A stretch of 64,000 bases of DNA from IMG/VR virus record IMGVR_UViG_3300043449_000492, positions 64,001-128,000 of that record, one strand, 5' to 3'. The DNA is from a virus. The translations under genes were made by a program, and so were the position numbers. Under the pieces are notes generated by a model that ran no database searches, was not told the DNA's origin, and saw only the letters and a program-made list of their open reading frames with translations. Positions 1-10,086 of the stretch are shown piece by piece. Within the stretch, counting starts at the first letter, position 1. Each line of letters begins with the position of its first letter.

Positions 1-485
1 ACTATGACTCGGTAAGATATGTCTACTGGACATTAAACTTTACAATGAAAATGGACTACTATGGTCCAATCACTAATACTAAGATCATTCGTACCGTCTA
101 TGCGAATATCTATAATGATCCAAGTCTTAAATCAGGATATATCACTAAGCTAAATCTAGCTAATGCAAATGGCACTTTTAAAGCCGAAGATATGGTATAT
201 CAGGGTAACACTTATAAAACCGCAACGGCTTATGCTTTTATCTTGCATCATGACACAAATAACAATCTATTGACTCTTGGAGCTACTCAGGGTCAGTTTA
301 AGGTAAATAACAAGATACATGCTGTATCAACAAATGCTAATGCAACTATAGCTTCTTTCTATGCTAATCCATTGCATCTAGTAGAAATCAAGATAACGCC
401 AGATCCGATTACAGCAAATCCTGGCGACGATTACGGTTATAATATTGATATAACTGAATGGCCTCGAACTGAGGCAAACACATAA
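1..485 (+). CDS. gp15: Tail sheath stabilizer/terminator gp15, C-terminal part (5' end lies outside the window)
   Basis: Frame is open from position 3: YDSVRYVYWTLNFTMKMDYYGP matches the gp15 'wtLxFtxKxxxYGP' motif; lies upstream of gp16/17. Confidence 0.8.
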   Translation, partial: YDSVRYVYWTLNFTMKMDYYGPITNTKIIRTVYANIYNDPSLKSGYITKLNLANANGTFKAEDMVYQGNTYKTATAYAFILHHDTNNNLLTLGATQGQFKVNNKIHAVSTNANATIASFYANPLHLVEIKITPDPITANPGDDYGYNIDITEWPRTEANT

Positions 486-488
486 ATA
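481..488 (+). promoter_or_regulatory. T4-type late promoter variant (CATAAATA)
   Basis: One mismatch to TATAAATA, intergenic, 25 nt before the fibre gene. Confidence 0.55.
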
Positions 489-513
489 CTATAAACACAA
501 ATAGAGTGGAAGA

Positions 514-1839
514 ATGCCTCAGAAACTTATAAACATCGGTACAGAACCAAATGACGGCAATGGCGACACGCTTAGAGGAGCGTTTGCTAATACGAACAAT
601 AACTTCGTAGAGTTGTATGGTCTTCTTAGCGGAACTTTTTCTCAAGCAGAATATGCCGCAACACTAGCAAATGCGGCATATAGTTATTCTAATGCCGTAT
701 ATAGCAACTTTACCGACGTTTTCAATAGTGCTAATCTAGCACTAGATCAGTCAAACACGGCAATCCTACGACTAGGAACTGCCAATCTTGCTTATGATAC
801 TGCCAATCTTGCATACATGATGGCAAATAATTCTATATCAGCATTCATTGCAGCTAACAACGCTTCAAATACAGCTATTAGCTCTTTTAGATCAGCCAAT
901 CTGTCTCTTACTAACTCAATTACTGCATCTAGGCTTTCAAATACTGCATCAATAACTGCCAATGCTGCTTTTGAAGCTGCAAATTCTGCTTTACTTTCAT
1001 CACCTGTTCCAGCTTTTGATCAAGCTAATGCGTCTTATACTTTAGCTTCATTTGCACTTAACAACTCTGTGCAAGCAACAAATGATGCCATGGTTGCACA
1101 TGATAAAGCAAATGCAGCTTATACCGCAGCAAACGATGCTTTTGGATTGGCAACGTCTTCATACAATTATGCTAATGACACATACATCGTTGCTGATGCT
1201 GCAGGATATGTTGCAGATTTATCATTTGATAAAGCCAATCTAGCATTTGAATATGCAAATATTTCTCTTGCTCAAATCAATTCAGCTTTTGAGTTTGCTA
1301 ATAGTTCTTATAACACTGCTAATCTTTCCGGAGTCATAGCGGGTCTCGCTTTTGATAAAGCAAATTCCGCATTTGAGTCATCTTCTGTTCCTGCATATAA
1401 TACAGCCAATGCGGCATACTCTCAGGCTAACTTAGCATTTTCTGCTGCTAATGATGGCACTAATATTGCTATCTCAGCATTCAATAAAGCTAATGTTGCA
1501 GCTTATGATGTTGGAGGTTTTGTTACTGGTGTCACCTTAGCAAGCGAAAGAATCTTTCAATTTAATGTTGTTAGAGACTTTATGATTGCTGCAAATTGTT
1601 CAGGTTCTAGAGGTAATACCACAAATACTGCAACAGCAACGTCAATTTTTACAATTAGCAAGAACACCTCAAATGTTGGAATTATGATTTTTGATACTGG
1701 AGCGATTTCTGCAACATTCAATACATCAGGAAACATTCTCTACATGAATGTAGGAGACTACTTGTCTGTTACTGCTCCAGAGTCACCAGATGCCACATTG
1801 TCCGACTTCTCGTTCACATTCAAGGGAGTTCTAGTCTAA
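514..1839 (+). CDS. Virion fibre/stalk protein: gp9/gp10-like N-terminal anchor, Ala/Asn heptad coiled coil, C-terminal beta adaptor domain
   Basis: N-terminus MPQKLINIGTEPNDGNGDTLRGAFANTNNNFVELY is the gp9/gp10 'INIG..NDGxGDxLRxAF.KxNxNF.ELY' motif; repeated AFDxANxAY heptads. Confidence 0.7.
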   Translation: MPQKLINIGTEPNDGNGDTLRGAFANTNNNFVELYGLLSGTFSQAEYAATLANAAYSYSNAVYSNFTDVFNSANLALDQSNTAILRLGTANLAYDTANLAYMMANNSISAFIAANNASNTAISSFRSANLSLTNSITASRLSNTASITANAAFEAANSALLSSPVPAFDQANASYTLASFALNNSVQATNDAMVAHDKANAAYTAANDAFGLATSSYNYANDTYIVADAAGYVADLSFDKANLAFEYANISLAQINSAFEFANSSYNTANLSGVIAGLAFDKANSAFESSSVPAYNTANAAYSQANLAFSAANDGTNIAISAFNKANVAAYDVGGFVTGVTLASERIFQFNVVRDFMIAANCSGSRGNTTNTATATSIFTISKNTSNVGIMIFDTGAISATFNTSGNILYMNVGDYLSVTAPESPDATLSDFSFTFKGVLV

Positions 1840-2924
1840 TGGCTCTTTTATTTTGGGACGGATTTGACTCATATAGTAATATGGCACAATTAGCCGCGGC
1901 ACGACCCTTTGTGAATCCTTATCTTTCACAACTAGGTTTCGTATTGAATCTCTATACAACTGGCGGCCGCTGGAATGGTGGTTATGTAGGATCTACTGGA
2001 AGTTCCTTTCAAGGAACGGGTATAATTGATATTAGTTCTTTTGCTACACCTACAGAAATGTATCAGGGAAGAGCAGTATATATCACACAAAATACAGCAA
2101 GTTTAACACAGATTTATGAAAATGCTGTTTTTGGATATATTTCTCCTGCAGTGTGTATTTCTGTTAATAACGGCGTAGTTAGTGCATGGAGAGGATATTC
2201 TACCGCTAACTATCTGATAGGAGCATCCGCCGCAGTATTTAATCTTAACACTTGGAACTTTATTGAGACAAGAACCAAAATATCATCTTCTGCTTCTACT
2301 GCTGATGGCATAGTTGAAGTTTGGCTAAACAATAGAAAAATTATTAGTAATACTTCTTGCGTGACTAAAACATCAAATTCTTCCACATATTACAATGGCG
2401 TTAACATCAGTCAAGTAGAAGGAAACCTGGGTGGTAGAACAGATGATATCTATGTTCTAGACACAACTGGTCCTGCTCCATGGAACGAGAGACTGGGTGA
2501 TTGTCGCATTGCATCTATAACTGTAACCTCTGATGCTGGTCCTAATGAAGGCACAACATCAACAGGCAATAATTCACATTATACTGTTGTTGATGAGATA
2601 ATAGCTAACAATTCCGATTATATACTTTTTAGTGCTGAACAATCTGGTTTAGGCGAAATGTTTACACATTCAAGTCTACCTAATACAAATGCATTTTCCA
2701 TTCTAGCAACTTCTATAATAGTTTCAGCCGCTAAGACAGATGCAGGAAATGCTACATTTAAAATTGCAATGAAGTCTGGAGCATCCACGTATAATTCAAC
2801 TACACAATATATGTCTACTTCTAATACTAAATATAGACAGGATTGGACAACAAATCCTGCCACAAGTATTCAATGGACGCTAGAGGAATGGGCCAATGCC
2901 AATGTTGGTTTTTACGTAGTTTAA
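1839..2924 (+). CDS. Putative virion lectin/ConA-like fibre-tip protein, paralog 1
   Basis: MALLFWDGFD start, GIVEVWLN, DDIYV...APWNxRLGDxR, NPxT..WT shared with the next two ORFs; Ser/Thr/Asn-rich, beta-strand-like. Confidence 0.55.
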   Translation: MALLFWDGFDSYSNMAQLAAARPFVNPYLSQLGFVLNLYTTGGRWNGGYVGSTGSSFQGTGIIDISSFATPTEMYQGRAVYITQNTASLTQIYENAVFGYISPAVCISVNNGVVSAWRGYSTANYLIGASAAVFNLNTWNFIETRTKISSSASTADGIVEVWLNNRKIISNTSCVTKTSNSSTYYNGVNISQVEGNLGGRTDDIYVLDTTGPAPWNERLGDCRIASITVTSDAGPNEGTTSTGNNSHYTVVDEIIANNSDYILFSAEQSGLGEMFTHSSLPNTNAFSILATSIIVSAAKTDAGNATFKIAMKSGASTYNSTTQYMSTSNTKYRQDWTTNPATSIQWTLEEWANANVGFYVV

Positions 2925-2933
2925 GGAAACAAG

Positions 2934-3983
2934 ATGGCACTTATTATATGGGACGGTCTAGATCCATACGCCTCATTAGCAGAGTTTAGAAACTGTCAGC
3001 CAAGAGTATTGACTGGAACGTCAGAGGTTTTTCAGACTACGAGCGGCCGCTTCAATGGCTGTCGTTTATATGTTGATGGCAATACTAATGATGCTTTTAA
3101 GGTAGATATTTCTGATATAAACGCTAGTCAGATATGGACAGGACGAGCAAGTTATCATCAATCAGCATATTCAGCAACAAATGTTCTTCTCTTTGTAGCT
3201 AGAAGCAATACAGGTATCGAAGCTAGTGTTACAGCAGATTCCGATGGAACCGTTAAAGTTTACAAAGGTGATAGAGGAACTTTAATTGCTAACTCTGCTT
3301 CTGGTGTATTTTTAAGAGACCAATGGACATGGCTTGATATTTTTTATAACATGGACGCCACCACAGGAGGTGTGGAAGTCTGGATCAATAACAGTCGTGT
3401 CGTCAATCTAACAAATGCTAATACAAAAAATTTTGGCAACATTTCAAACAATGTTATTAACTCTGTCACAATTGCGACCAATCAATACGGATCTAGCGAC
3501 GACTTTTATATTCTAAATACAACTGGTTCTGCTCCATGGAATACAAGACTTGGTGATTCCCGAGTTGTTAATTTAATTCCAATTACAGATTTTGGAGCTA
3601 ATTCTGGTACGCCATCAACAGGCACAGCACACTATGCAGTTATAGATGATTCTAGAGGTACAACAGATTATCTTAGTATACCAGTCACTAATGGAACAAG
3701 CATCGAAAGATTTGTCAAAAATACATCACCATTGGGAGCAAATGCTACTATTTTAGCAGTAGGACCCTATAATTATAGTAGAAAATCTGATGCTGGTATA
3801 GCTAATTTAAGATCATTGATTATTAACAATAGTTCAGGATATTTTATAAATGGCAATTTACAAATAACGTCTACCTCTTGGCAACCTTATGTCGATTTCT
3901 ACACAACAAATCCTGAGACTGGTACTCAATGGACATACGATACACTATCTACTAATCACATTGCATTAGTCGTTACTAAATAA
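2934..3983 (+). CDS. Putative virion lectin/ConA-like fibre-tip protein, paralog 2
   Basis: MALIIWDGLD, GVEVWIN, DDFYI...APWNTRLGDSR, NPETGTQWT. Confidence 0.55.
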   Translation: MALIIWDGLDPYASLAEFRNCQPRVLTGTSEVFQTTSGRFNGCRLYVDGNTNDAFKVDISDINASQIWTGRASYHQSAYSATNVLLFVARSNTGIEASVTADSDGTVKVYKGDRGTLIANSASGVFLRDQWTWLDIFYNMDATTGGVEVWINNSRVVNLTNANTKNFGNISNNVINSVTIATNQYGSSDDFYILNTTGSAPWNTRLGDSRVVNLIPITDFGANSGTPSTGTAHYAVIDDSRGTTDYLSIPVTNGTSIERFVKNTSPLGANATILAVGPYNYSRKSDAGIANLRSLIINNSSGYFINGNLQITSTSWQPYVDFYTTNPETGTQWTYDTLSTNHIALVVTK

Positions 3984-3993
3984 GGAAATAAAA

Positions 3994-5139
3994 ATGGCAC
4001 TTCTATTCTGGGAAGGTTTCGATTCAATCACTACGTGGCAAGAAATGTTTAGTATGATTCCAAACTTTGTAACCACCTGGGATCTCAGTCAGGGAGGCGC
4101 CACCATTGCAACTAACTGGTCCAGCACTTCAGGACGATATGGCGGTGGTTCAACATATCCCGGGGTCGCCGACGGATGGGGAAGAATTTATCTTTCTTCC
4201 ATTCCATCGGAGGTATATACAGGCCGTGCAATCTATTTGGGAATAACAGCCGCAGGTCCAGTCTGCGGCATCGTGTGTTTCTGGGGCAACGATAAAAATA
4301 ATGCTGGTTATAGTCAAGACGGACCTGCTCCAGACATTTGGCTTGAACATGCTGGAGCAGGTGTCCTCAGAGTATATAACTCTACGAATGGTGCCAGCTG
4401 GAGTTCCTCACGTTATGGAGCCGGCAGCGGTGTATTAATCGGCACGACGCCCGCTGGTACATTCAGACCTTATAGTTGGCAATGGATCGAAGTAAGATGT
4501 AAAATGTCTTCAAGCAATACTACAAATGATGGTATTGTGGAAGTATGGCTTAACGGTACTAAAATCATTAGTAATACTTCTTGTATCACTAAATCAAACA
4601 ATGCTGCGACAGGCTATTTTGGTGTTAATACTAACTCATCTTATGGAGGAGCGACTGATGACATTTATGTTACCGATACTACGGGAGCAGCTCCATGGAA
4701 TGGTAGACTTGGTGATGTAAGAATCACTACGGCTGTTCCTAATTGGGACGTTGGAGCAAACTCTGGTACTCCTTCGACAGGAACATCACATTGGGCTGTC
4801 GTTGATGAAACTTCCTATAATACAACTGACTATCTTATTATTCCAAATGTTGTTACAAATACAGAGCGTTTTTATCATACTAGATTGCCTACACCAGCAG
4901 CTAACATATTTGCAATCAATCCCAATATATATGCTCTTAAGTCTGACGCAGGTGTAGCAAACATTCAGCCGATCATTGTTGCCAATGCTTCTGGTTACTA
5001 TACAAATGCTAATACGATTGTATTGACTACATCTTATCTCAGATATAAGGATTCTATCACAGTCAATCCTGAAACTGGACTTCCATGGACCGATACAGAG
5101 TTTACTAATACTCAAATCGGAGTTGTTGTAGTAGCATGA
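3994..5139 (+). CDS. Putative virion lectin/ConA-like fibre-tip protein, paralog 3
   Basis: MALLFWEGFD, GIVEVWLN, DDIYV...APWNGRLGDVR, NPETGLPWT. Confidence 0.55.
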   Translation: MALLFWEGFDSITTWQEMFSMIPNFVTTWDLSQGGATIATNWSSTSGRYGGGSTYPGVADGWGRIYLSSIPSEVYTGRAIYLGITAAGPVCGIVCFWGNDKNNAGYSQDGPAPDIWLEHAGAGVLRVYNSTNGASWSSSRYGAGSGVLIGTTPAGTFRPYSWQWIEVRCKMSSSNTTNDGIVEVWLNGTKIISNTSCITKSNNAATGYFGVNTNSSYGGATDDIYVTDTTGAAPWNGRLGDVRITTAVPNWDVGANSGTPSTGTSHWAVVDETSYNTTDYLIIPNVVTNTERFYHTRLPTPAANIFAINPNIYALKSDAGVANIQPIIVANASGYYTNANTIVLTTSYLRYKDSITVNPETGLPWTDTEFTNTQIGVVVVA

Positions 5140-5435
5140 CCACTGCTAATGTTACGGTTGTTCAAACAGAAGTTCTTTATGAACCAACTCCTGCTGATAT
5201 TAGAGTAACTTCTACAACTAATGAGGTTCTATATGAACCTTCTAATGTAACTGTTAACGTCGCTTCTTTTGGCGTTCAGGTACTAATGAAGAATCCGTAT
5301 GAACAATTTCAGGCTATTAGCTCAGAAGTATTATATACTCCTACTAGTAATATTCAAGTTCAAACGGTTACTGTTGAAGTCCTTCTGAAGTTTGTTACTA
5401 ATAACCGTAGAAGACCAGTTTATGTTGCAGGATGA
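5136..5435 (+). CDS. Small Val/Thr-rich repeat protein (structural accessory)
   Basis: About five repeats ending in (E/Q)VL: TEVLYEP, NEVLYEP, VQVLM, SEVLYTP, VEVLL; ATGA-coupled to the previous gene. Confidence 0.6.
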   Translation: MTTANVTVVQTEVLYEPTPADIRVTSTTNEVLYEPSNVTVNVASFGVQVLMKNPYEQFQAISSEVLYTPTSNIQVQTVTVEVLLKFVTNNRRRPVYVAG

Positions 5436-5441
5436 TAAAAC

Positions 5442-5894
5442 ATGGGACTTGAAAAGAATCTATCAGATGCATTAGGCATCGAACATGCTCCAGTTGAGGT
5501 GAAAGAAGTGAAACAGGAAGTAATACCATATGAAGCTCCACAAGAGCTAACCGATGAAGATGAAGATTACATTCTAGTGAGAAAGACCCTTCGCAATCTA
5601 ATAGTAAAGGGAAACGACGCTATTGAAGAAATCGCCCAAATTGCTAGACAAAACGAAAGTGCAAGAGGTTTTGAGGTTGTTTCTAATCTCATCAAAACTG
5701 TTGGAGAAACGTCGAAAGACTTATACGCCTTACAGAAAACAAAGAAAGACCTAAAAGACCCTGATCCTGATTCTGATCCTCGTAGGAAGAATCCTGAAAG
5801 CATCAACGTGGAACAGGCTGTGTTTGTGGGTTCTGCTGCTGAGCTTTTGTCTGCGATAAAGAAGAACAAAGAAAATGGCTCGACTTCCTCATAG
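5442..5894 (+). CDS. gp16: Terminase small subunit
   Basis: DYxxxRxxL...GxxAxE...RxFEV...VFVGSxxELL motifs; directly upstream of the large terminase. Confidence 0.9.
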   Translation: MGLEKNLSDALGIEHAPVEVKEVKQEVIPYEAPQELTDEDEDYILVRKTLRNLIVKGNDAIEEIAQIARQNESARGFEVVSNLIKTVGETSKDLYALQKTKKDLKDPDPDSDPRRKNPESINVEQAVFVGSAAELLSAIKKNKENGSTSS

Positions 5895-7551
5895 CTATCA
5901 AAGCAATCCAAACTTACCTAACGAGCAGTATCGTCACTCATTCACACAACATGAGTTGGATGAGTATATCAAATGTGCAGAAGATCCTGTTTATTTTGCT
6001 CGCAAATATATTCGTATCATCAACGTCGACCGCGGCTTGATTCCTTTTGATATGTGGGACTTCCAAGAGAAGATGCTTTCTACATTTCATGAGAATCGTT
6101 TCTCTATTTGTAAACTTCCCCGACAGGTCGGCAAGTCAACAACAAGCGTTGCATACATTCTTCATCAGGTATTATTTAACGAAAACTTTGTATGTGCTAT
6201 TCTGGCTAACCGTGCACCAACTGCTAGAGAACTACTAGGTAAACTTAAGCTCGCATTCGAGTATCTACCGATGTTTCTTAAACAAGGCATCAAAGAATGG
6301 AACAAGGGTTCAATCTATCTTGCTAATGGTTCAAGAGTTCTTGCAGACTCTACATCAGGTTCATCAGTTCGTGGTTTCTCGTTCAACTTAATCTTTCTAG
6401 ACGAGTTTGCGTTCGTACCAAACAACATTGCCGAAGAGTTTTTCAATTCAACTTATCCTACCATTTCATCTGGTAAGACTTCTAAAGTTGTTATCGTCTC
6501 GACACCAAACGGCATGAACTTGTTCTATAAGATGTGGACAAAAGCAGTTGATAAGACGAGCGATTATAGGCCCATCGAGATTCATTGGTCTATGGTACCT
6601 GGAAGAGACTCGGCATGGGCAGAAGAAACGATCAGAAACACTTCGCAAAGACAGTTCGATCAGGAGTTTGGTTGCGAGTTCTTAGGATCATCCAATACAC
6701 TAATCAATGGTTCTAAGCTTGCTGCACTACATTGGAAAGAGCCTGTTCGTCGTATGGAATGTATGGACGTATTTGAGGAACCTATTCATAAGCATACATA
6801 CGTTCTCACAGTAGACGTTTCAGAAGGTCAAAGTCTTGACTATTCAGCATTCTCTGTGTTTGACGTTACGGAAATCCCATATCGACAGGTAGCTAAATAT
6901 AAAAACAACGAGATAAGTCCTATGCTTCTACCAGCAGTTGTTTATTCTGCGGCAAGAAAGTATAACGACGCTTTTGTTCTAGTGGAAATCAATTCTATCG
7001 GTTTGCAAGTCGCTGACATTCTACATCATGAATTAGCATATGAGAATCTTTTAAAGTTTCAGCAAAAAGGTAAACAAGGAACACAAGTATCTGGAGGCTT
7101 TGCTGCTGGTAAGAACAAGCTAGCCTTCGGTCTTAAAATCACGCCTCAGTCGAAGATGATTGGGTGTTCTAATCTTAAGACTCTAATTGAGAACGATAAG
7201 CTTATTCTCAATGACGAAGATACAATTACTGAGTTATTTTCTTTTGCTGCCGATAAAAAGTCATTTAGAGCAGAAGAAGGAGCTAACGACGATCTAGCAA
7301 TGACACTAGTTCACTTTGGTTGGCTCACCGCACAAAAATTATTTAAAGAAACCGTTTCTAACGATATTCGTTATGCATTGCAAAAAGAACAAGCATATCT
7401 ACAAGATGTTGACAATGTTCCTTTTGGATTTATAGACAACGGCCTGAATGATGACGTGGAACAAGATGCTGATGGTGATTTATGGACGAGAGATAGAGAA
7501 AAACACTATCCTTTTGATGACCTTGGATATGACTGGCTAGCCAGACTTTGA
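5875..7551 (+). CDS. gp17: Terminase large subunit
   Basis: KCAEDPVYF, PRQVGKS (Walker A), IFLDEFAF (Walker B), STPNGMN, DVSEG and DDLAM nuclease motifs. Confidence 0.97.
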   Translation: MARLPHSYQSNPNLPNEQYRHSFTQHELDEYIKCAEDPVYFARKYIRIINVDRGLIPFDMWDFQEKMLSTFHENRFSICKLPRQVGKSTTSVAYILHQVLFNENFVCAILANRAPTARELLGKLKLAFEYLPMFLKQGIKEWNKGSIYLANGSRVLADSTSGSSVRGFSFNLIFLDEFAFVPNNIAEEFFNSTYPTISSGKTSKVVIVSTPNGMNLFYKMWTKAVDKTSDYRPIEIHWSMVPGRDSAWAEETIRNTSQRQFDQEFGCEFLGSSNTLINGSKLAALHWKEPVRRMECMDVFEEPIHKHTYVLTVDVSEGQSLDYSAFSVFDVTEIPYRQVAKYKNNEISPMLLPAVVYSAARKYNDAFVLVEINSIGLQVADILHHELAYENLLKFQQKGKQGTQVSGGFAAGKNKLAFGLKITPQSKMIGCSNLKTLIENDKLILNDEDTITELFSFAADKKSFRAEEGANDDLAMTLVHFGWLTAQKLFKETVSNDIRYALQKEQAYLQDVDNVPFGFIDNGLNDDVEQDADGDLWTRDREKHYPFDDLGYDWLARL

Positions 7552-7570
7552 GTTCTAAAAGTCGCAAAAC

Positions 7571-7578
7571 AATAAATA
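7571..7578 (+). promoter_or_regulatory. T4-type late promoter variant (AATAAATA)
   Basis: Intergenic before gp18, one mismatch to TATAAATA. Confidence 0.55.
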
Positions 7579-7624
7579 AGGTGTAATGGAAGAAATCCCA
7601 TTTCAACCTACAAAGGAGTAAAAG

Positions 7625-9355
7625 ATGGCCTATCAATTATCCCCAGGAGTAAGATGGTCTGAAATCGATCTAACAACAATCATTCCATCAGTATCGACTA
7701 CTGAAGGGGCGTTTGTTGGTGATTTTGCATGGGGACCAATCAACGAAGTGTTTGCCGTAGGTAGTGAACTTGAGCTAGTTCGTTATTTTCATAGACCAAC
7801 AGCAGATACATTCAAGTCATGGTTCACAGCTGCTAACTACCTATCTTATGCCGAATCACTTAAGCTGGTTCGTGTCGCTAACACCAATGTTTCACGCAAT
7901 GCAACATCTGGCGCACAAGCAATTCTAATCACAAATGATGATGACTACACAACAAACTATGCTGATCTTTCTGCAGGTCTTAATTATGGTATGTTTGCTG
8001 CCAAGTATGCAGGAGCACTAGGCAATAGCATTAAAGTTTCGATGTTCGCCGATTCAAGTAACTTAGCTTCTTATGGAACATGGGAATATTATCTAGAGTT
8101 CGATGCTATTCCTGGAACATCAAACTGGGTTGGTTCACGTGGCGGTGCCAATGACGAAATGCATGTCATTGTTATCGACTCACTAGGTTCAATCACAGGC
8201 ATTGCAAATACTGTTCTAGAAAAGTTCTCATTCGTCTCTAAGGCATCTGATGCAAAGACAGACGACGGTTCTTCAAACTACTATCTCAATGTTCTAAATG
8301 ATCGTTCAGAATTTATTCGTGTTCTTAATCATGGTCTTAGCGGAAGCAATACAGATACATCTACATGGGGTTCTGTATCACCTGGTGTAAGCTTTACTCA
8401 AAATACAGCATCATATACATCAACGCTTTCTGGTGGTGTTCTATCACTTGCTACTGATGCAGATATTGCACTTGGTTACGATCTATTTAAAGATCCTGAA
8501 GAGTGGGATATTTCTTTAATCATGACTGGTGCTCATTCACAGACAGTTGCCGAACACGTTATTGAAAATGTTGCCGGCGGCACATCTGCTAATCCTGATA
8601 CTGGGCGTCGTGACTGCGTAGTCTTCGTATCACCTGATATGAGCGACGTTGTTGATAATGCAGGATCAGAAGCAAATGATATTGTCACTAAGAGAAATCT
8701 ATTCAACTCATCTTCTTACGTTGTCTTTGACTCAGGTTGGAAGAAGCAGTTTGACAAGTATAACAATGTCTATCGTTGGATTCCTCTCAATGCTGACATT
8801 GCAGGTCTTTGTGCCCGCACAGACTTTGAGCGTGATCCGTGGTTCTCACCAGCAGGTCTAAATCGTGGTCACATCAAGAATGTCGTCAAGCTTTCTTGGA
8901 ATCCAGGTAAAGATGATCGGGATACACTCTATAAGAACGGAATTAACCCAGTTGTTAACTTCCGTGGCGAAGGCGTAGTTCTATATGGCGATAAGACCAT
9001 GTTGACAAAGCCTTCAGCATTTGATCGTATCAATGTTCGTCGTCTATTCATTGTTCTCGAAAAGGCAATCTCTAAGGCTGCTAAGTATTCACTATTCGAG
9101 TTCAACGATGAATTTACAAGAGCCCAGTTCGTTGCTCTAGTTGAACCATATCTTCGTGACGTTAAGGGTCGTCGTGGTATCTACGACTTCCGTGTTGTTT
9201 GTGACGAAACAAACAATACACCTGAGGTCATTGATAGAAATGAGTTTGTCGGAGACATTTATATTAAGCCTGCTAGAAGCATCAACTTCATTCAGCTTAA
9301 CTTCGTCGCAGTTAGAACCGGCGTAGCGTTCTCAGAAGTAGTTGGACGTTTCTAA
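7625..9355 (+). CDS. gp18: Tail sheath protein
   Basis: LSPGV...EIDLT N-terminus, PWFSPAGLNRG, FDRINVRRLF, KPARSINFIQLNF. Confidence 0.97.
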   Translation: MAYQLSPGVRWSEIDLTTIIPSVSTTEGAFVGDFAWGPINEVFAVGSELELVRYFHRPTADTFKSWFTAANYLSYAESLKLVRVANTNVSRNATSGAQAILITNDDDYTTNYADLSAGLNYGMFAAKYAGALGNSIKVSMFADSSNLASYGTWEYYLEFDAIPGTSNWVGSRGGANDEMHVIVIDSLGSITGIANTVLEKFSFVSKASDAKTDDGSSNYYLNVLNDRSEFIRVLNHGLSGSNTDTSTWGSVSPGVSFTQNTASYTSTLSGGVLSLATDADIALGYDLFKDPEEWDISLIMTGAHSQTVAEHVIENVAGGTSANPDTGRRDCVVFVSPDMSDVVDNAGSEANDIVTKRNLFNSSSYVVFDSGWKKQFDKYNNVYRWIPLNADIAGLCARTDFERDPWFSPAGLNRGHIKNVVKLSWNPGKDDRDTLYKNGINPVVNFRGEGVVLYGDKTMLTKPSAFDRINVRRLFIVLEKAISKAAKYSLFEFNDEFTRAQFVALVEPYLRDVKGRRGIYDFRVVCDETNNTPEVIDRNEFVGDIYIKPARSINFIQLNFVAVRTGVAFSEVVGRF

Positions 9356-9366
9356 TCTAATCAGTG

Positions 9367-9404
9367 TGTGGAGGGAAAATCTTGATCCCTCCACATTATA
9401 AATA
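9367..9404 (+). promoter_or_regulatory. 10-bp hairpin (TGTGGAGGGA/TCCCTCCACA) followed by consensus late promoter TATAAATA (9397-9404)
   Basis: Perfect inverted repeat 9367-9376/9386-9395; exact T4 late promoter before gp19. Confidence 0.8.
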
Positions 9405-9428
9405 GTTCCATATAGGAGAAAACTTAAA

Positions 9429-10028
9429 ATGGCTTTTAATGTTCAAGATTTTAGAGCAAGCTTAGTAAGAGATGGAGCTAGAGCAAGCCTTTTCGATGTT
9501 CAGTTGACATTTCCTCTAGCAGTGGGTACAGGCGGATCAGCACCTGGTTCTTTCGGTACCGCTCAACAACAGGTTACTTTCAGAGCAAAGTCTACCTCAC
9601 TACCAGGTGATAGTGTTTCATCAATCGGAGTTAACTACTTTGGTCGTGAAATTAAAGTTGCTGGAACAAGATCATTCACAGATTGGTCTATTACAGTAAT
9701 TCAAGACGAAGACTTTACGCTACGCAATGCTTTTGAAAGATGGATGAGCGGTATCAACTCACACGTTGGTAACCTTCGTCTTCCTTCAATGCTTTCTGGT
9801 AGCGGCGGATATCAGCAGGATGCATTTGTAACCCAGTATGGTAAGACAGGTGATATCCTTAAGGTATATAAGCTTGTTGGTTGTTTCCCAACCGATGTGT
9901 CAGCTATCGACGTTGATTGGGGTGCAGATAATATTGAAGAATTTGCAGTAACATTCGCCTACCAGTGGTGGGAAGCAAGAGCTACTACAGATTCTACATC
10001 TTCTGCAAGCTCAATTCAGAACTTCTAA
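9429..10028 (+). CDS. gp19: Tail tube protein
   Basis: GARxxLF, GRxIKVAGxRxFxDWxITV, DEDFxLRxAFExW, IEEFxVTFxYxWW. Confidence 0.95.
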   Translation: MAFNVQDFRASLVRDGARASLFDVQLTFPLAVGTGGSAPGSFGTAQQQVTFRAKSTSLPGDSVSSIGVNYFGREIKVAGTRSFTDWSITVIQDEDFTLRNAFERWMSGINSHVGNLRLPSMLSGSGGYQQDAFVTQYGKTGDILKVYKLVGCFPTDVSAIDVDWGADNIEEFAVTFAYQWWEARATTDSTSSASSIQNF

Positions 10029-10038
10029 ATAATGTTAT

Positions 10039-10067
10039 AATCCACGGGATGCATAGTCCCGTGGATT
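10039..10067 (+). other. 11-bp stem-loop between gp19 and gp20
   Basis: AATCCACGGGA / TCCCGTGGATT perfect inverted repeat; no U-tract; CTAAATA just upstream. Confidence 0.6.
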
Positions 10068-10086
10068 CTCATAAAGGGAAAATATA

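Noticed and set aside
640-1500. Tandem DNA repeat or CRISPR-like array in the fibre gene
   Set aside because: Periodicity is at the protein level (AxxxANxA heptads) with degenerate codons; no fixed repeat-spacer structure
1839-5139. Diversity-generating retroelement or invertible cassette acting on the three paralogs
   Set aside because: No reverse transcriptase or recombinase in the window, no near-identical TR/VR pair with adenine-specific differences, and all three copies are full genes with their own starts
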